Shown one piece after another: positions 1 through 11,047 of a DNA stretch of 64,000 bases. The stretch's first letter is position 1. Each line of letters opens with the position of its first letter. Origin of the DNA: an uncultured delta proteobacterium (GTDB taxonomy: Bacteria > Myxococcota_A > Polyangia > Fen-1088); NCBI GenBank assembly GCA_963767925.1, contig CAVYGB010000002.1, positions 1,280,001 through 1,344,000 of the forward strand, given 5' to 3'. The position numbers were made by a program, and so were the translations under genes. The notes under the pieces are model-generated. The model was not told the DNA's origin. It saw nothing but the letters and a program-made list of their open reading frames with translations, and ran no database searches.

Positions 1-430
1 GGCCCTCGAGCTCGACGGCGGCGAGCAGCTCGTCGATGCGGCGGTTCACCTCCGCCCGGGGCAGCTTGCGGATCTCCAGGCCGAAGGCGATGTTGCCCCG
101 CACGTCGAGGTGGGGGAACAGGGCGTAGCTCTGGAAGACGAAGCCGACCCCCCGGCGCTGCGGCGGGACGTCGGTGCCGTCGACGCCCTGGATGAGGATG
201 CGGCCGCTGTCGGGGTACTCGAGGCCGGCGATGAGGCGCAGCACGGTCGACTTGCCCGACCCCGATGGGCCCAGCAAGGTGGTGATGGTCCCCGGGCGGG
301 CCAGGAACGAGACGCCGTCGACCGCGGGGGTGCCGGCGCGGGTGAACCGCTTGCACAGGCCGACCACCTCGAGGGCGGGGGCGCTGGCCGCGCGGGGGGC
401 GCTGTCTGCCGTGTCGTCGCGCTTGCCCAT
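1..430 (-). CDS. cysA: ABC transporter ATP-binding protein, sulfate/thiosulfate CysA-like (runs off the left edge)
   Basis: Manual translation from ATG at 430: ...[20 protein letters not shown] (Walker A)...[30 protein letters not shown]. Lies downstream of siroheme genes. Confidence 0.75.
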   Translation of the reverse strand, partial: MGKRDDTADSAPRAASAPALEVVGLCKRFTRAGTPAVDGVSFLARPGTITTLLGPSGSGKSTVLRLIAGLEYPDSGRILIQGVDGTDVPPQRRGVGFVFQSYALFPHLDVRGNIAFGLEIRKLPRAEVNRRIDELLAAVELEG

Positions 431-453
431 GGTGCCTGGCTCCGCGGTGGCGG

Positions 454-1239
454 TCACCGAACGCCCTCCACCTGGAGGTCGGCCCCCTCGCTGGCCGCGA
501 GCAAGGGGGAGAGCTGGGCCGCCAGGGAGACGACCTCGCCCACGACGACGAGCACGGGGAGGTTGGCGGCGAGGCGGTCGGGTGGCAAGCTGGCCGCCGC
601 CAGGCCGGCGAGGGTCCCGACCCAGCGCCAGGCCTCGCGGGTGGAGGCGCCGGCGAGCAGGGCGGCGGGCGTCGCCGGGTCCAGGCCGCGCTCGAGCAAG
701 CGGGCCGCGATGTCGGCGCGGGCGGCGTAACCCATGAGCACGACGAGGGTCACCCCCCGGGGCGGCAGGGAGGCCAGCACCGGCTGGTAGGCGGCGGGGG
801 CGTGCCCGGAGGCCACCACGAACCCGGTGGCCATCCCCCGGTGGGTGACGGGGATGCCGGCCAGGGCCGGGCCGGCGACCGCCGAGGAGACCCCGGGGAT
901 CACCTCGAAGGGGATGCCGGCGGCGGCGAGGGCCAGCGCCTCTTCCCCGCCCCGCCCCAGCACGAACGGGTCGCCGCCCTTGAGGCGGACCACGTCGTTG
1001 CCCCGGCGTGCCTCGCGCACCATGAGGCGGTTGATCGCCTCCTGGGTCATCGACTCGCGCCCCGCCCGCTTGCCCACGTAGAACCAGCGCGCCTCCGGCG
1101 CCAGCGGCCGGAAGTCCTGCGGCGCCAGGGCATCGAACAGCACCAGGTCCGCCTCCGCCAGCCGCCGCTGCGCCCGCACGGTCAACAGGTCCGGCGCCCC
1201 CGGCCCCGCCCCCACGAGCGAAACCCGCCCCGGCGTCAT
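454..1239 (-). CDS. cobA: Uroporphyrinogen-III C-methyltransferase (SUMT; CysG methyltransferase domain)
   Basis: [54 protein letters not shown] motifs. Confidence 0.93.
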   Translation of the reverse strand: MTPGRVSLVGAGPGAPDLLTVRAQRRLAEADLVLFDALAPQDFRPLAPEARWFYVGKRAGRESMTQEAINRLMVREARRGNDVVRLKGGDPFVLGRGGEEALALAAAGIPFEVIPGVSSAVAGPALAGIPVTHRGMATGFVVASGHAPAAYQPVLASLPPRGVTLVVLMGYAARADIAARLLERGLDPATPAALLAGASTREAWRWVGTLAGLAAASLPPDRLAANLPVLVVVGEVVSLAAQLSPLLAASEGADLQVEGVR

Positions 1240-2301
1240 TTGCGCCCCCGCTCTCGCGGCTCGCGTGCGCCAGAAGGGTCAGATGCAGAGTCGGAGTCGG
1301 GGGGGCCAGCGTCCGGATCGAGCGCGCCCCCCTCACCCCATCCCTCTCCCCGCTCCCGCGGGGCGAGGGGGTCAGATCCAGATCCAGATCCAGGGGCGGA
1401 GGTGGAGCCGGTGGTCGGCTTGGGCGCTCCCGGTTTGCCCTCTCCCGCGGGAGCGGGAGAGGGGAAGGGTGAGGGCGGGGCGTAGAGGGCGTTGAGCGCC
1501 TCGAGCAGCAGGGGGCGGCGCGCGGGCATCGGGGTGCCGGCCGCGCGCCAGCGCAGCCGGGCCTCGCCGGCCGCCGCCGTCCAGCGATCCGAGATCCGCC
1601 GGCAGCAGCGCCTCGAGCCCCTCGCGCACCAGGGCGGCCAGCGCGGGCGCGGTGCCGCCGGTCGAGACCGCGATGGTGAGGGGACCGCGGCGGGCCACGC
1701 TACCGGCGAAGGCCGAGGCTGCCGGGGGATCGTCGGCGGCGTTCACGAAGATCCGCCGCGGCAGCGCCGCTGCCAGCACCGCCCGGTTGACCGCCGGCGT
1801 GGCCGCCGCCACCGCGAACCAGGCGCCGTCGAGGTCCTCGGGGAGGAAGCCCCGCTCGATCACCGTGGCGCCCGCCGCCCGCAGCTCGGGCCGCACCTGG
1901 GGCGCCACGATGGTGACCTCCGCCCCCGCCGCCACCAGGGTGGCGTGTTTGGCCAGCGCCACCGTCCCGCCGCCCACCAGCACCACCTTGCGCCCCTCCA
2001 GCCGCAGAAACGTGGGGAACAGCGGCTCGGTCTGCGCCGCGCCTGCCGGCAGCGGCCCGGACGCCTCGCCACCCCCGGATGCGCCCGCCGGACTGGCATC
2101 GTTCGACGGCACGGGCGCCGGCAGCGGCCCCGCCGCCTCGCCACCGGCCTCGAACGGGCCCGCCGGACTGGCATCGTTCGACGGCACGGGCGCCGGCAGC
2201 GGCCCCGCCGCCTCGCCACCGGCCTCGAACGGGCCCACCGGACCGGCGTCGTTCGACGGCGCGGGCGCAGGCGAGAGGGGAGACCGGCGCTGAGGCGTCA
2301 T
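1236..2301 (-). CDS. Precorrin-2 dehydrogenase/sirohydrochlorin ferrochelatase (CysG N-terminal/Met8p/SirC-like) with low-complexity extensions; apparent frameshift near 1590
   Basis: [44 protein letters not shown]. Removing one G near 1590 restores ..[26 protein letters not shown] overlaps with proA and cobA. Confidence 0.85.
1329..1475. repeat. Inverted pair of BoxC/REP-like palindromic elements (CCCTCACCC..CCCTCTCCC..GGG.GAGGG)
   Basis: Arms ~1329-1369 and ~1438-1475 are near reverse complements. The same element family occurs at 14.5 kb and 20.8 kb. Confidence 0.75.
2043..2268. repeat. 75-bp tandem repeat, about 3 copies, encoding [25 protein letters not shown]
   Basis: gttcgacggc recurs at 2101, 2176 and 2251 (75-bp period). 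Confidence 0.92.
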
Positions 2302-3638
2302 GGCAGGTCGCGGTGGGTGAAGGGGCGGCCGCCGGGGCCGTAGTCGGCGGTGGCCTGGCCGTCGCCGCTGAGCAGCCAGCGGTAGGTGAGCAGGCCCTCG
2401 ACCCCGACCGGGCCGCGGGCGTGCAGCTTGTCGGTGCTGATCCCCACCTCGGCCCCCAGACCGAAGCGGTAACCGTCGGAGAACCGGGTGCTGGCGTTGT
2501 GGAACACGCAGGCCCCGTCGACCTCGTCGAGGAAGCGGCGGGCCGACCCGGCCTCCTCGGTGACGATGGCGTCGGTGTGGCGCGAGCCATGGCGGGCGAT
2601 GTGCGCGAGCGCCCCGTCTAGCCCCGCGACCTTCTTGATCGACAGGACGAGCTCCCCGTATTCGGTGTCCCAGTCGGCGTCGGTCGCCGCCAGCAACCCC
2701 GGGTGGCGGTTGCGGGTCTCGGCGCAGGCCCGCAGCTCCACCCCCCGGGCGGCCAGCGCCGCCACGCAGGCGTCGAGGGCCGGGCCGGCCGCCTCGGTCC
2801 ACAGCAGCGTCTCGACCGCGTTGCAAGCCGCCGGGTAGCTGCACTTGGCGTCGACCGCGATGCGGGCGGCCTTCTCCGGGTGGGCGCCGTCGTGCAGGTA
2901 GACGTGGCAGATGCCGTCGGCGTGGGCCATCACCGGGATCTTGCTGGCCCCCCGGACGTGGCGGATGAACCCCGACGAGCCGCGGGCGATGATCATGTCG
3001 ACCACGTCGTGCAGCCCCAGCAGGGCGTCGACCTCGGCCCGCTCCTCGAGCAGCACCAGCGCGCCCGGATCGACGCCCGCCGCCGCCAGCACCTCCTGGG
3101 CCACCCGGTGCAGCGCCCGGTTGCTGGCCCGCGCCTCGCGCCCGCCCTTGAGCACGGCCGCGTTCCCGCTCTTCCAGGCCAGCCCGGTGATCTGCACCAT
3201 CGCGTCCGGCCGGGCCTCGAACACGACCCCCAGCACGCCCAGCGGGCAGGACACCCGCTCGAGCACCAGAGCGCGGTCGAGCTCCCGGTGGGTGAGGCGC
3301 TGCCCCACGAGATCCGGCATGGCGGCGAGCTGGCGCAGGCCATCGATCACGCCGGCGAGCTTCTTGCCGTCGAGCCCCAGCCGGTTGACCAGCGCGGGGG
3401 CCAGCGTCCCCGCGGCCTCCTCCTGCCGCGCGCGCGCCAGGTCCTCGGCGTTGGCCGCCAGCACCACCTCCTGCACGGCCGGTCGCGCCAGCGCCGCCGC
3501 CAGGCCCTCGAGCAACCGCGCACGGACGTTACCCCCGGCGGGCCCACCGCCCGGGCCCGACCCGCCGGCGCGCAGCGCCCGCGCCGCCGTCCGGGCCGCG
3601 ATCACCTGATCGCGAAGGTCTGACCCGCTCGCGCCCAT
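2298..3638 (-). CDS. proA: Gamma-glutamyl phosphate reductase (glutamate-5-semialdehyde dehydrogenase)
   Basis: [71 protein letters not shown] at 3638 overlaps the ltaE stop. Confidence 0.95.
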   Translation of the reverse strand: MGASGSDLRDQVIAARTAARALRAGGSGPGGGPAGGNVRARLLEGLAAALARPAVQEVVLAANAEDLARARQEEAAGTLAPALVNRLGLDGKKLAGVIDGLRQLAAMPDLVGQRLTHRELDRALVLERVSCPLGVLGVVFEARPDAMVQITGLAWKSGNAAVLKGGREARASNRALHRVAQEVLAAAGVDPGALVLLEERAEVDALLGLHDVVDMIIARGSSGFIRHVRGASKIPVMAHADGICHVYLHDGAHPEKAARIAVDAKCSYPAACNAVETLLWTEAAGPALDACVAALAARGVELRACAETRNRHPGLLAATDADWDTEYGELVLSIKKVAGLDGALAHIARHGSRHTDAIVTEEAGSARRFLDEVDGACVFHNASTRFSDGYRFGLGAEVGISTDKLHARGPVGVEGLLTYRWLLSGDGQATADYGPGGRPFTHRDLP

Positions 3639-4706
3639 CAGGCCCTCGAGCGCGACCTTCCGGCCGTCTCGGCGATGATCGCCAGCGCGCGCTCGCAGTC
3701 GGCCCGGCTGACGTCCAGGTGGGTGACGAGGCGGAGGCGGCGCGCGCCGGTGGCCAGGCAGAGGACGCCCCGCTCGCGCAGCGCCGCCGACAGGGTCTCC
3801 GCCGGCGCCATGTTCGGGGCCAGCTCGATCAGCACCATGTTGGTCGTCACGCGCGAAAGGTCGACCTGCAGCCCCTCGACCGCCGCCAGCCGCTCGCCCA
3901 GCAGGCGGGCGTTGGCGTGGTCCTCGGCCAGCCGCTCGACGTTGTTGTCGAGGGCGTAGAGCGCCGCCGCCGCCAGCACCCCCGCCTGGCGCATGGCCCC
4001 GCCCATCATCTTGCGGAAGCGGTGGGCCTTGTAGCGAAGCGGCTTGCTGCCGGCGAGCACCGATCCGACCGGCGCGCCCAGCCCCTTGGAGAAGCAGAGG
4101 CTCGCGGTGTCGAAGGGAGCCGCCAGCTCCGCCGCCTTGACGCCCCGTCGCCACCGCGGCGTTGAGCAGGCGGGCGCCGTCGAGGTGCAGGGCCAGCCCC
4201 TGGGCCCGGGCGAACGCCGCCACGCCGGCCACGTCCTCCTGGCGCCAGACCACGCCGCCGCCCCGGTTGTGCGTGTTCTCCACGCAGACCAGGCGGGTCG
4301 GGGCCAGGCTGTGGTTGCGCTCGGGCTTGAACGCCTCCTCGACGTCGGCCGCCGTGAAGGTCCCCCCCTGCCCGGCCACCGCGAACTGCACCCCGGCGAT
4401 CGCGCCGGCCGCGCCCGCCTCGTAAAAGTAGTTGTGCGACCCCTCGCCGATCACGACCTCGTCGCCGGGCTGGCAGTGCACCTTGAGGGCGATCTGGTTG
4501 GCCATGCTGCCGGAGGGGACGAACAGCGCCGCCTCCTTGCCCAGCAGCGCCGCCGCCCGCTCCTCGAGCAAGTTGATGGTGGGGTCCTCGCCGAACACGT
4601 CGTCGCCGACCTCGGCCGCGGCCATCGCCTGGCGCATGCCCGCCGACGGCTTGGTGACCGTGTCGCTGCGGAGATCGATGAAGGCGGGCGAAGGGCGTGT
4701 CGACAT
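3638..4706 (-). CDS. ltaE: Low-specificity L-threonine aldolase; apparent frameshift near 4145
   Basis: [45 protein letters not shown]. After the shift: [32 protein letters not shown]. Confidence 0.92.
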
Positions 4707-5874
4707 CAGAGTGCTCCCATGACGAGGTTGTCTCGCGTCACCACCGCATCGTACCCCCGGTAACCGAGCAGGGCATCGATCTCGTCGCTCTGGTGGCCGC
4801 ACAGCTTGCGGCACGCGTCGGCGTCGTAGTTGACCAGCCCCCGCCCGTGCACCCGCCCGCTGCCGTCGCGGATCTCGACGACGTCCCCCTTCTCGAAGGC
4901 CCCCTCGACCCCCACCACGCCGACCGGCAGCAACGACGCCTTGCGGTCGCTCAGCGCGCGCAGGGCCCCCTCGTTGACCACCAGCGCCCCCTGCTGACGC
5001 CGGCCGACCGCGATGTGGCGCAAGCGCTGCGGCCGCCGCTCGGGCGTGTGCACGAAGGTCCCGACGTCCTCGCCGGCCAGCACCCGGTCGAGGATGTCCG
5101 GGACGGTGCCGTTGGCGATGACGGCGGCCGTGCCCTCGGAGGTGGCCAGGCGCGCCGCCTCGAGCTTGGAGGCCATGCCGCCCAGGCCGCCGGCGTTGGC
5201 CCCCAGGGCCCGGGCCATGGTCGACTCGTCGATGGCCCCGAGAGCTCGCTGACCCGGCTGGCGGTCGGGTCTACGCTGGGGCTGGCGGTGAAGAACCCGT
5301 CGACGTTGGTCAGCAGCACCAGCAGATCCGCGTCGAGCGCCACCGCCACCAGCGCCGACAGCCCGTCGTTGTCGCCGAAGACCGGCACCGCGCTCGAGGG
5401 GCTGCCGTTCTTGAGCTGGTGCTCGACCAGCTCGCGCACGCTGACGCTGTCGTTCTCGTTGAGGATCGGCACGGTGCCGAGCTCGAGCAGGCGCATCAGG
5501 GTCGTGCGCACGCACAGGGCCCGGTCGCGGTCGCCGAGGTCCTCCTGGGTCAGCAGCACCTGGGCCGCCGTCACCCCCCGCTGCGAGAAGGCCCCCGTGT
5601 AGACGTGCATGAGGTGCCCCTGCCCCACCGCCGCGCAGGCCTGGCGCAGGCCGAGCGAGCGCGGCCGCTCCTTGAGCCCCAGCGCCCGCATCCCCATGCC
5701 GACCGCCCCGCTCGAGACCAGCAGCACCTCCCGCCCCTCGCGCCGCAGGCGGGCCAGGCTGTCGACGAGCCCCATCAGCCGGTCGACCGCGAGGGTCACG
5801 CCGTCACCCATGACGACGTGGGTGCCGAGCTTGACGACGATCCGATGCGCCTGGGCGAGTGAGGCGCGATCCAT
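4706..5874 (-). CDS. proB: Glutamate 5-kinase with C-terminal PUA domain; apparent frameshift near 5238
   Basis: [38 protein letters not shown]. After the shift: [28 protein letters not shown]. Confidence 0.93.
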
Positions 5875-6123
5875 GGGCGTTCCGGGGAAAAGCGAGCGCG
5901 GAATCTACTATAGAAAGCCGCCCACCGACCCCGCCCGCCGCGCTGCAGTCGGCGCCGAAACGCGGGCGGAAGGCGTGACCCCCTCGGGCCGGGCTCCCGG
6001 AAGGGGAAGAACCCCGGGGGAGGCGGGCGGACGCTGCAACGCGCCCCGACGGGGCCGTCGACGAACGAGGGGCGGGCCCATCCTCCAGCGCGCCCCGCCG
6101 AAACGCTGTAGCTTCCCGACGTC

Positions 6124-7165
6124 ATGACCCCGCCCTCCCTGCGCGCCTACGTGGGCCACGCCAACCCCGACGGCGACCTGCTCGTCTTCGCCTACGATCC
6201 CGCCAGCGCCGCGCTGACCCCGGTCGACCGGGTGGCCAGCGGCTCGTCGAGCTCGTTCCTCACCGTCGATCCGACCCGCCGGTTCCTGTACGCCACCCAG
6301 AACCGCAGCGAGCAGATCTCCGCCTTCGCCCTCGACCCCGGCAGCGGCAGCCTCGCCCTGCTCGGCCGCGTCCCGGTGCCGCCCGGTCCCGGGTCCAGCG
6401 AGGTGGGGCCGAGCTACCTGAAGGTCGCGGGCAGCGGGCGTTACCTCCTGTGCGCCAACTACCGGGGCCACAGCAGCGTTGTGTTCGCGCGCGCCGCCGA
6501 CGGCCAGCTCGGCCCCCTGCTGCAGAGCCTGTCGGCGGGCAAACACGCCCACGCCATCTTGCTGTCGCCCGACGACCGCTTCGCCTTCGTCCCTTACCTC
6601 GGCTCGGACAAGGTGGCGCAATACCGCTTCGATGGCGGAAGCGGCGCTGCTGCACCCCAACGACCCACCCGCGGTCGAGACGCCGGCCGGCGCCGGCCCC
6701 CGCCACCTGACCTTTGCCCCCGACGGCCGGCGCGTCTACCTGGTCAACGAGCTCGACGCCAGCGTGATGGCCTTCGACTACCACCCCGAGCGCGGCACCT
6801 TGACCGCCCGCCAGCGCATCGACTCGCTGCCCGGCTACAGCGGCCGCCGCTGGGCCGCCGACATCCACGTTCACCCCTCGGGCCGCTTCCTCTACGTCTC
6901 GAACCGGGCCCACGACAGCGTGGCGGTGTTCCGCATCGACCCCGGCACCGGCGCGCTGACCCTCGCCGGCAACCCGGGCAGCGGCGGCCGCTCGCCGCGC
7001 AACTTTTGCCTCGCTCCGGACGGCCGCTTCCTGGTCGTCGCCAACCAGGACTCGGGCACCCTGGTGACCTTCGCCGTCGACGCGGACAGCGGCCTCCTGC
7101 GCCAGGTCGCCGAGCGCGCCGTAGCACCCTCTCCTACCTTTATAACTATCGTCGCGGTGCCCTGA
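6124..7165 (+). CDS. pgl: 6-phosphogluconolactonase-like 7-bladed beta-propeller lactonase; apparent frameshift near 6645
   Basis: ANYRG, HAHAILLSPD, YLGSDKV. After the shift: GAGPRHLTF, NEL, AADIHVHPSGRFLYVSNR, PRNF, VANQDS. Confidence 0.85.
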
Positions 7166-7247
7166 CCGCTGCCAGGCGGTTTCCGGGGCGAAACGGCCCG
7201 GTGGGTGCCGCGCCGGCCCCGGGGATTCGTGGGATAACTCCCGCCCC

Positions 7248-8068
7248 ATGTTCGAAGGGAACAAGACGCTGGCTGTCATCGGCTGCGGCACGATGGGCGA
7301 AGCCATCGTGCGAGGCCTCTTCCGCTCCGGGAAGATGCTGCCCGGCCAGGTGTTCGCCAGCGATCGCCGCGACCGAGCTGGTCCGCGAGCTGACCACCCG
7401 CCACAAGATCCGCGCCACCGTCGACAACATCGAGGCCGCCCGCGCCGCCGACGCTGCCCTTGTCTGTCTCAAGCCGCAGCACATGGCCGCCGCCCTCGAC
7501 AGCGAGCCGATGCGCGACGCCCTGGCCGGCAAGCTGGTTGTCAGCATCGCCGCCGGCGTGCGCATCGGCGCAGCTGCAGGTCTGGCTGCCGAAGAGCGCC
7601 ATCATCCGGGCCATGCCGAACACCCCCGCCGTGATCGGCGAGGGCATGACGATCATCTCGCGCGGCACCGGCGTCACCGACGCCCAGGCCCGCGTCGCCG
7701 AGGAGATCTTCTGCGCGGTCGGACGCTGCTCCGAGCTCGACGAGAGCAACCTCGACGTCATCACCGCCCTCAACGGGTCGGGCCCCGCCTTCGCCTACCT
7801 GGTGCTCGAGGCGCTGGCCGACGGCGCCGTCATGATGGGCCTGCGCCGGGACATCGCCTTCACCGTCGCCGCCCAGATGTTGCAAGGGGCCGCCCGCATG
7901 GTGCTCGAGAGCGGCCTGCACCCTGCGGCCCTCAAGGACCAGGTGACGACCCCCGCCGGCTGCACCATCGCCGGCCTCCTGACTCTGGAAGACGGCCGCA
8001 TCCGTTCGGTGCTCGCGCGCGCCGTCGAGGAGGCCACCCGGGTCGCCGGGCGCCTCGGCCAGAGCTGA
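7248..8068 (+). CDS. proC: Pyrroline-5-carboxylate reductase; apparent frameshifts near 7370 and 7568
   Basis: IGCGTMGEA, LKPQ, VSIAAGV, IRAMPNTP, TALNGSGPAF, HPAALKDQVTTPAGCTIAG, spread over three frames. Confidence 0.92.
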
Positions 8069-8091
8069 CAATCCGGAGGACCCCCAACATC

Positions 8092-9318
8092 TTGGCATCC
8101 CCTACGTCTCCTGGCGTTCGTGTTCCCATGACCCGTCCCCAGCTCGGCCGCGCCGAGGCCGACGCCGTCGCCCGCGTCGTGCGCTCCCGCTGGGTCATGC
8201 AGGGCCCCGAGGTCGCGGCCTTCGAGAACGAGCTGGCCGCCACCGTCGGCGCCGCGCACGCCGTCGCCGTCTCGAGCGGCACCGCCGCCCTCGAGCTGGC
8301 CCTGCGCGCGCTCGGCATCGGCACCGGTGACGAGGTGGTCACCGTCAGCCACAGCTTCATCGCCACCGCCAACGTGGTGCTCGCGGTGGGCGCCCGCCCC
8401 GTCTTCGTCGACGTCGAGCGCGACACCTTCGGCATGGATCCCACCCTGGTCGAGGCGGCCATCGGCCCCCGCTGCAAGGCCATCCTCTCCGTGCACCAGC
8501 TCGGCTTCCCCTGCGATCTGGCCGAGCTGCTCGCCATCGCCACCCGCCACGGCCTGCCCCTGATCGAGGACGCCGCCTGCGCCCTGGGCAGCGAGATCCT
8601 GCTCGAGGATCGCTGGGACCGCATCGGCCGCCCCCACGGCCGGCTGGCCTGTTTCTCCTTTCACCCGCGCAAGATCATCACCACCGGCGACGGCGGCATG
8701 ATCACCACCGGCGACGGCGCCCTGGCCGCCCGGCTGCGCTCGCTGCGCCAGCACGCCATGAACGTCACGCTGGCCGAGCGCGAGCGCAACCCGCTCGCCC
8801 GCGAGAGCTACGACGAGCCGGCCTACAACTTCCGCATGACCGACCTGCAGGCTGCCATCGGCCGCCCCCAGCTCGCCCGGCTCGACGCCTTCATGGCCGA
8901 GCGGCGCCGGCTGGCGGCCGCCTTCTCGCTCGCCCTCGAGGACCACCCGGTGCTCGCGCCCGGTCGTCGATCGCCCCGGCTCGCGCACCAACTGGCAGAG
9001 CTTCCCCACCCTCCTGCGCGCCGGCGTCGAGATGACCCAGGACCAGGTGCTGCAGTTCCTGCTCGACCGCGGGCATCGCCGGCCGGCGCGGGCCTCACCA
9101 ACGCCCATCAGGAGCCGGCCTACGCCGGCCGGGACAACTGGCGGGGCGGGCCGCTTCCGGTGTCGGAGTACCTGCGCGAGAACACCGTCATGTTGCCGCT
9201 GTTCCAGGGCATGACGAAGGAAGAGGAGCGCCTGGTGCGCGAGGCCATCGAGGACCTGCGCGACCCCGCCGCCCGCGCCCCCTACCGCGCCGCCCCCCAG
9301 GCCGTCCCCGCGCTGTAG
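8092..9318 (+). CDS. DegT/DnrJ/EryC1/StrS family PLP-dependent aminotransferase; local frameshifts ~8965-9090; start may instead be ATG 8128
   Basis: GPEVAAFE, VSSGTAAL, SFIATAN, IEDAACALG, FSFHPRKIITTGDGGM, YNFRMTDLQAAIG, LPLF. Confidence 0.9.
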   Translation: MASPTSPGVRVPMTRPQLGRAEADAVARVVRSRWVMQGPEVAAFENELAATVGAAHAVAVSSGTAALELALRALGIGTGDEVVTVSHSFIATANVVLAVGARPVFVDVERDTFGMDPTLVEAAIGPRCKAILSVHQLGFPCDLAELLAIATRHGLPLIEDAACALGSEILLEDRWDRIGRPHGRLACFSFHPRKIITTGDGGMITTGDGALAARLRSLRQHAMNVTLAERERNPLARESYDEPAYNFRMTDLQAAIGRPQLARLDAFMAERRRLAAAFSLALEDHPVLAPGRRSPRLAHQLAELPHPPARRRRDDPGPGAAVPARPRASPAGAGLTNAHQEPAYAGRDNWRGGPLPVSEYLRENTVMLPLFQGMTKEEERLVREAIEDLRDPAARAPYRAAPQAVPAL

Positions 9319-9442
9319 GAACGCCCGCCCGGCGGGTGTGCGGTGGCTTACCGGGTAGTCAGCGACAACCACCGGTAGGTGGCGCGCCACGCCTGCATTT
9401 TCAGCTTTTCCGTTTCCCTCCGACGGCTGTGTCTGGATAGGC

Positions 9443-10468
9443 ATGAGGAGGTTGCGGAACATGACGCGACAGCGGAGCCTGGGTTTCGTGGGGATCGTGC
9501 TGGCCGGCATCGTCGGAGGCTGCCAGCCGATCGAGGCGGAGGTGGACGACTTCCGGAACGGCGTGCCTCGACAGGAGACCGTCGAGATGAAGGTGCCGGC
9601 CCGGGCTGGCCAGGCGCTCACCGCCGAGGCCGACGGCGAGACCCTGGCTGCCCTGCGCGGCCAGACCGCCGACTTTTACCAGCTCACCCGGGCGGTGAGC
9701 GTGGTGGTCAACGGAGGCGGCGCGCTCGCCCTGGTGCTGATCAAGACGATCGTCGCGCAGCCGCCCAGCAGCGTCGCGGGCGACACCGCCGTCTGGGGCC
9801 CCGGCCACGGCCCCCTCGACCCGGTCACCTGGAAGCTCACCGTGAAACACCTCGGCGACCACGAATACAGCTACCAGCTCGCGGGGCGCTCCCGCCTGAA
9901 GCCCGACGCAGACTTCACCGTCGTGCTCTCGGGCGCCCACACCGCCTCGGTCGACAGCGACGGGCGGGCCATCGAGGGCTTCGGCAGCGGCGACTTTACC
10001 CTCGACTGGGACGCGCGGGCCAAGTTGCCCGGCGCCGGGAAGGAGGTGGGCAGCGCCCACTACACCTACGCCCGGGCCAGCGCCGGCGCCACCGTCGAGA
10101 TCGACGCCGACTTCCGCCAGGTCGACGACGACAACCGCCCCGGCCAGCGGGTCGACGTCGGCTACCGCTTCCGCTCGACGCCCGGCGCGGGCGGCAGCAT
10201 GCAGTTCGTCCACGCCGTGCCCGCGCAGATGGCCGCAAACGGCGGGCGCTGGGCGGTCAAGAGCCGCTGGACCCAGGACGGCGCCGGCCGCTCCGACGTC
10301 CGCGCCACCGGCGGCGACCTGCCGTCCACCTTCGAGGCCACCGCCAGCGAGTGCTGGGACACCGGCTTCGACAGCGTCTTCTTCCAGGCCAGCTGGCCCC
10401 GGGCCCCAAGCTACGGCGCCGAGCCGACCGACTGCGTGTTCAAGACCGCGGAGCACTCCACCCTCTGA
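9443..10468 (+). CDS. Hypothetical lipoprotein (paralog of 13510-14469)
   Basis: Signal peptide with lipobox-like IVGGC. GC3-rich codons. Shares motifs with 13510-14469. Confidence 0.8.
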   Translation: MRRLRNMTRQRSLGFVGIVLAGIVGGCQPIEAEVDDFRNGVPRQETVEMKVPARAGQALTAEADGETLAALRGQTADFYQLTRAVSVVVNGGGALALVLIKTIVAQPPSSVAGDTAVWGPGHGPLDPVTWKLTVKHLGDHEYSYQLAGRSRLKPDADFTVVLSGAHTASVDSDGRAIEGFGSGDFTLDWDARAKLPGAGKEVGSAHYTYARASAGATVEIDADFRQVDDDNRPGQRVDVGYRFRSTPGAGGSMQFVHAVPAQMAANGGRWAVKSRWTQDGAGRSDVRATGGDLPSTFEATASECWDTGFDSVFFQASWPRAPSYGAEPTDCVFKTAEHSTL

Positions 10469-10522
10469 TGTGAACGGGGACGGTGCTGGGTCGGGCCGCT
10501 CCGACCCGCCGCCGTTTCGCCG

Positions 10523-11047
10523 ATGCCGAACCACCCCTACCTCACCGTCGTGACCCCGGGCGCCGCCGCGCGCGACCCTCTGCGGGAGCTGTACGAGAAA
10601 TACGGTGGGAGCGTGTACGGCCGCTGCCTCTACCTGCTCAAGGAGCGATCGAAAGCCGAGGACGCCATGCAAGAGGTGTTTGCCAGAGCCTTCCAGCACT
10701 ACGAAGGATTCCGGGCCGAGTCCTCGCCGCTCACCTGGCTGTTCAAGATCGCCACCCACCACTGCCTCAACGTGCTCCGCGCGGAGAAGGCCGGCTGGCG
10801 CGAGCGCTTCGCCACCGAGGAGCGGCAGCGCGGCGAGGGGCACGGTGGCCCCCAGGTGTTCGAGCTGCGCGACCAGGTCCGGCGGATCCTGGCCCGCTTC
10901 GACCTCGAGACCCAGGCCGCCGCCATCCACTACTACGTCGACGAGATGACCCTCGACGAGGTGGCCCAGCTCCTGGGCCGCTCGGTCCCCACCGTGCGCA
11001 AGCGCCTGCAGGCCTTCGCCGCCGCCGCCGGCAAGGAGGGCCCGTGA
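10523..11047 (+). CDS. ECF-type RNA polymerase sigma factor
   Basis: LYEKYGGSVYGRC, AEDAMQEVF, TWLFKIATHHCLN (region 2). MTLDEVAQLLGRSVPTVRKRL (region 4). Confidence 0.92.
   Translation: MPNHPYLTVVTPGAAARDPLRELYEKYGGSVYGRCLYLLKERSKAEDAMQEVFARAFQHYEGFRAESSPLTWLFKIATHHCLNVLRAEKAGWRERFATEERQRGEGHGGPQVFELRDQVRRILARFDLETQAAAIHYYVDEMTLDEVAQLLGRSVPTVRKRLQAFAAAAGKEGP

Noticed and set aside
2298..4814. 838-aa LtaE-ProA fusion in the ORF track
   Set aside because: Artefact of the frameshift near 4145; proA has its own ATG overlapping the ltaE stop.
1236..9318. Cluster of frameshifted genes (sirC-like, ltaE, proB, pgl, proC, DegT) as pseudogenes or programmed frameshifts
   Set aside because: Each break I traced is repaired by removing about one G/C base, motifs on both sides are intact and there are no in-frame stops. 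This pattern fits long-read indel errors.
6124..9318. 1064-aa lactonase-ProC-aminotransferase fusion
   Set aside because: Frameshift read-through across three separate genes.
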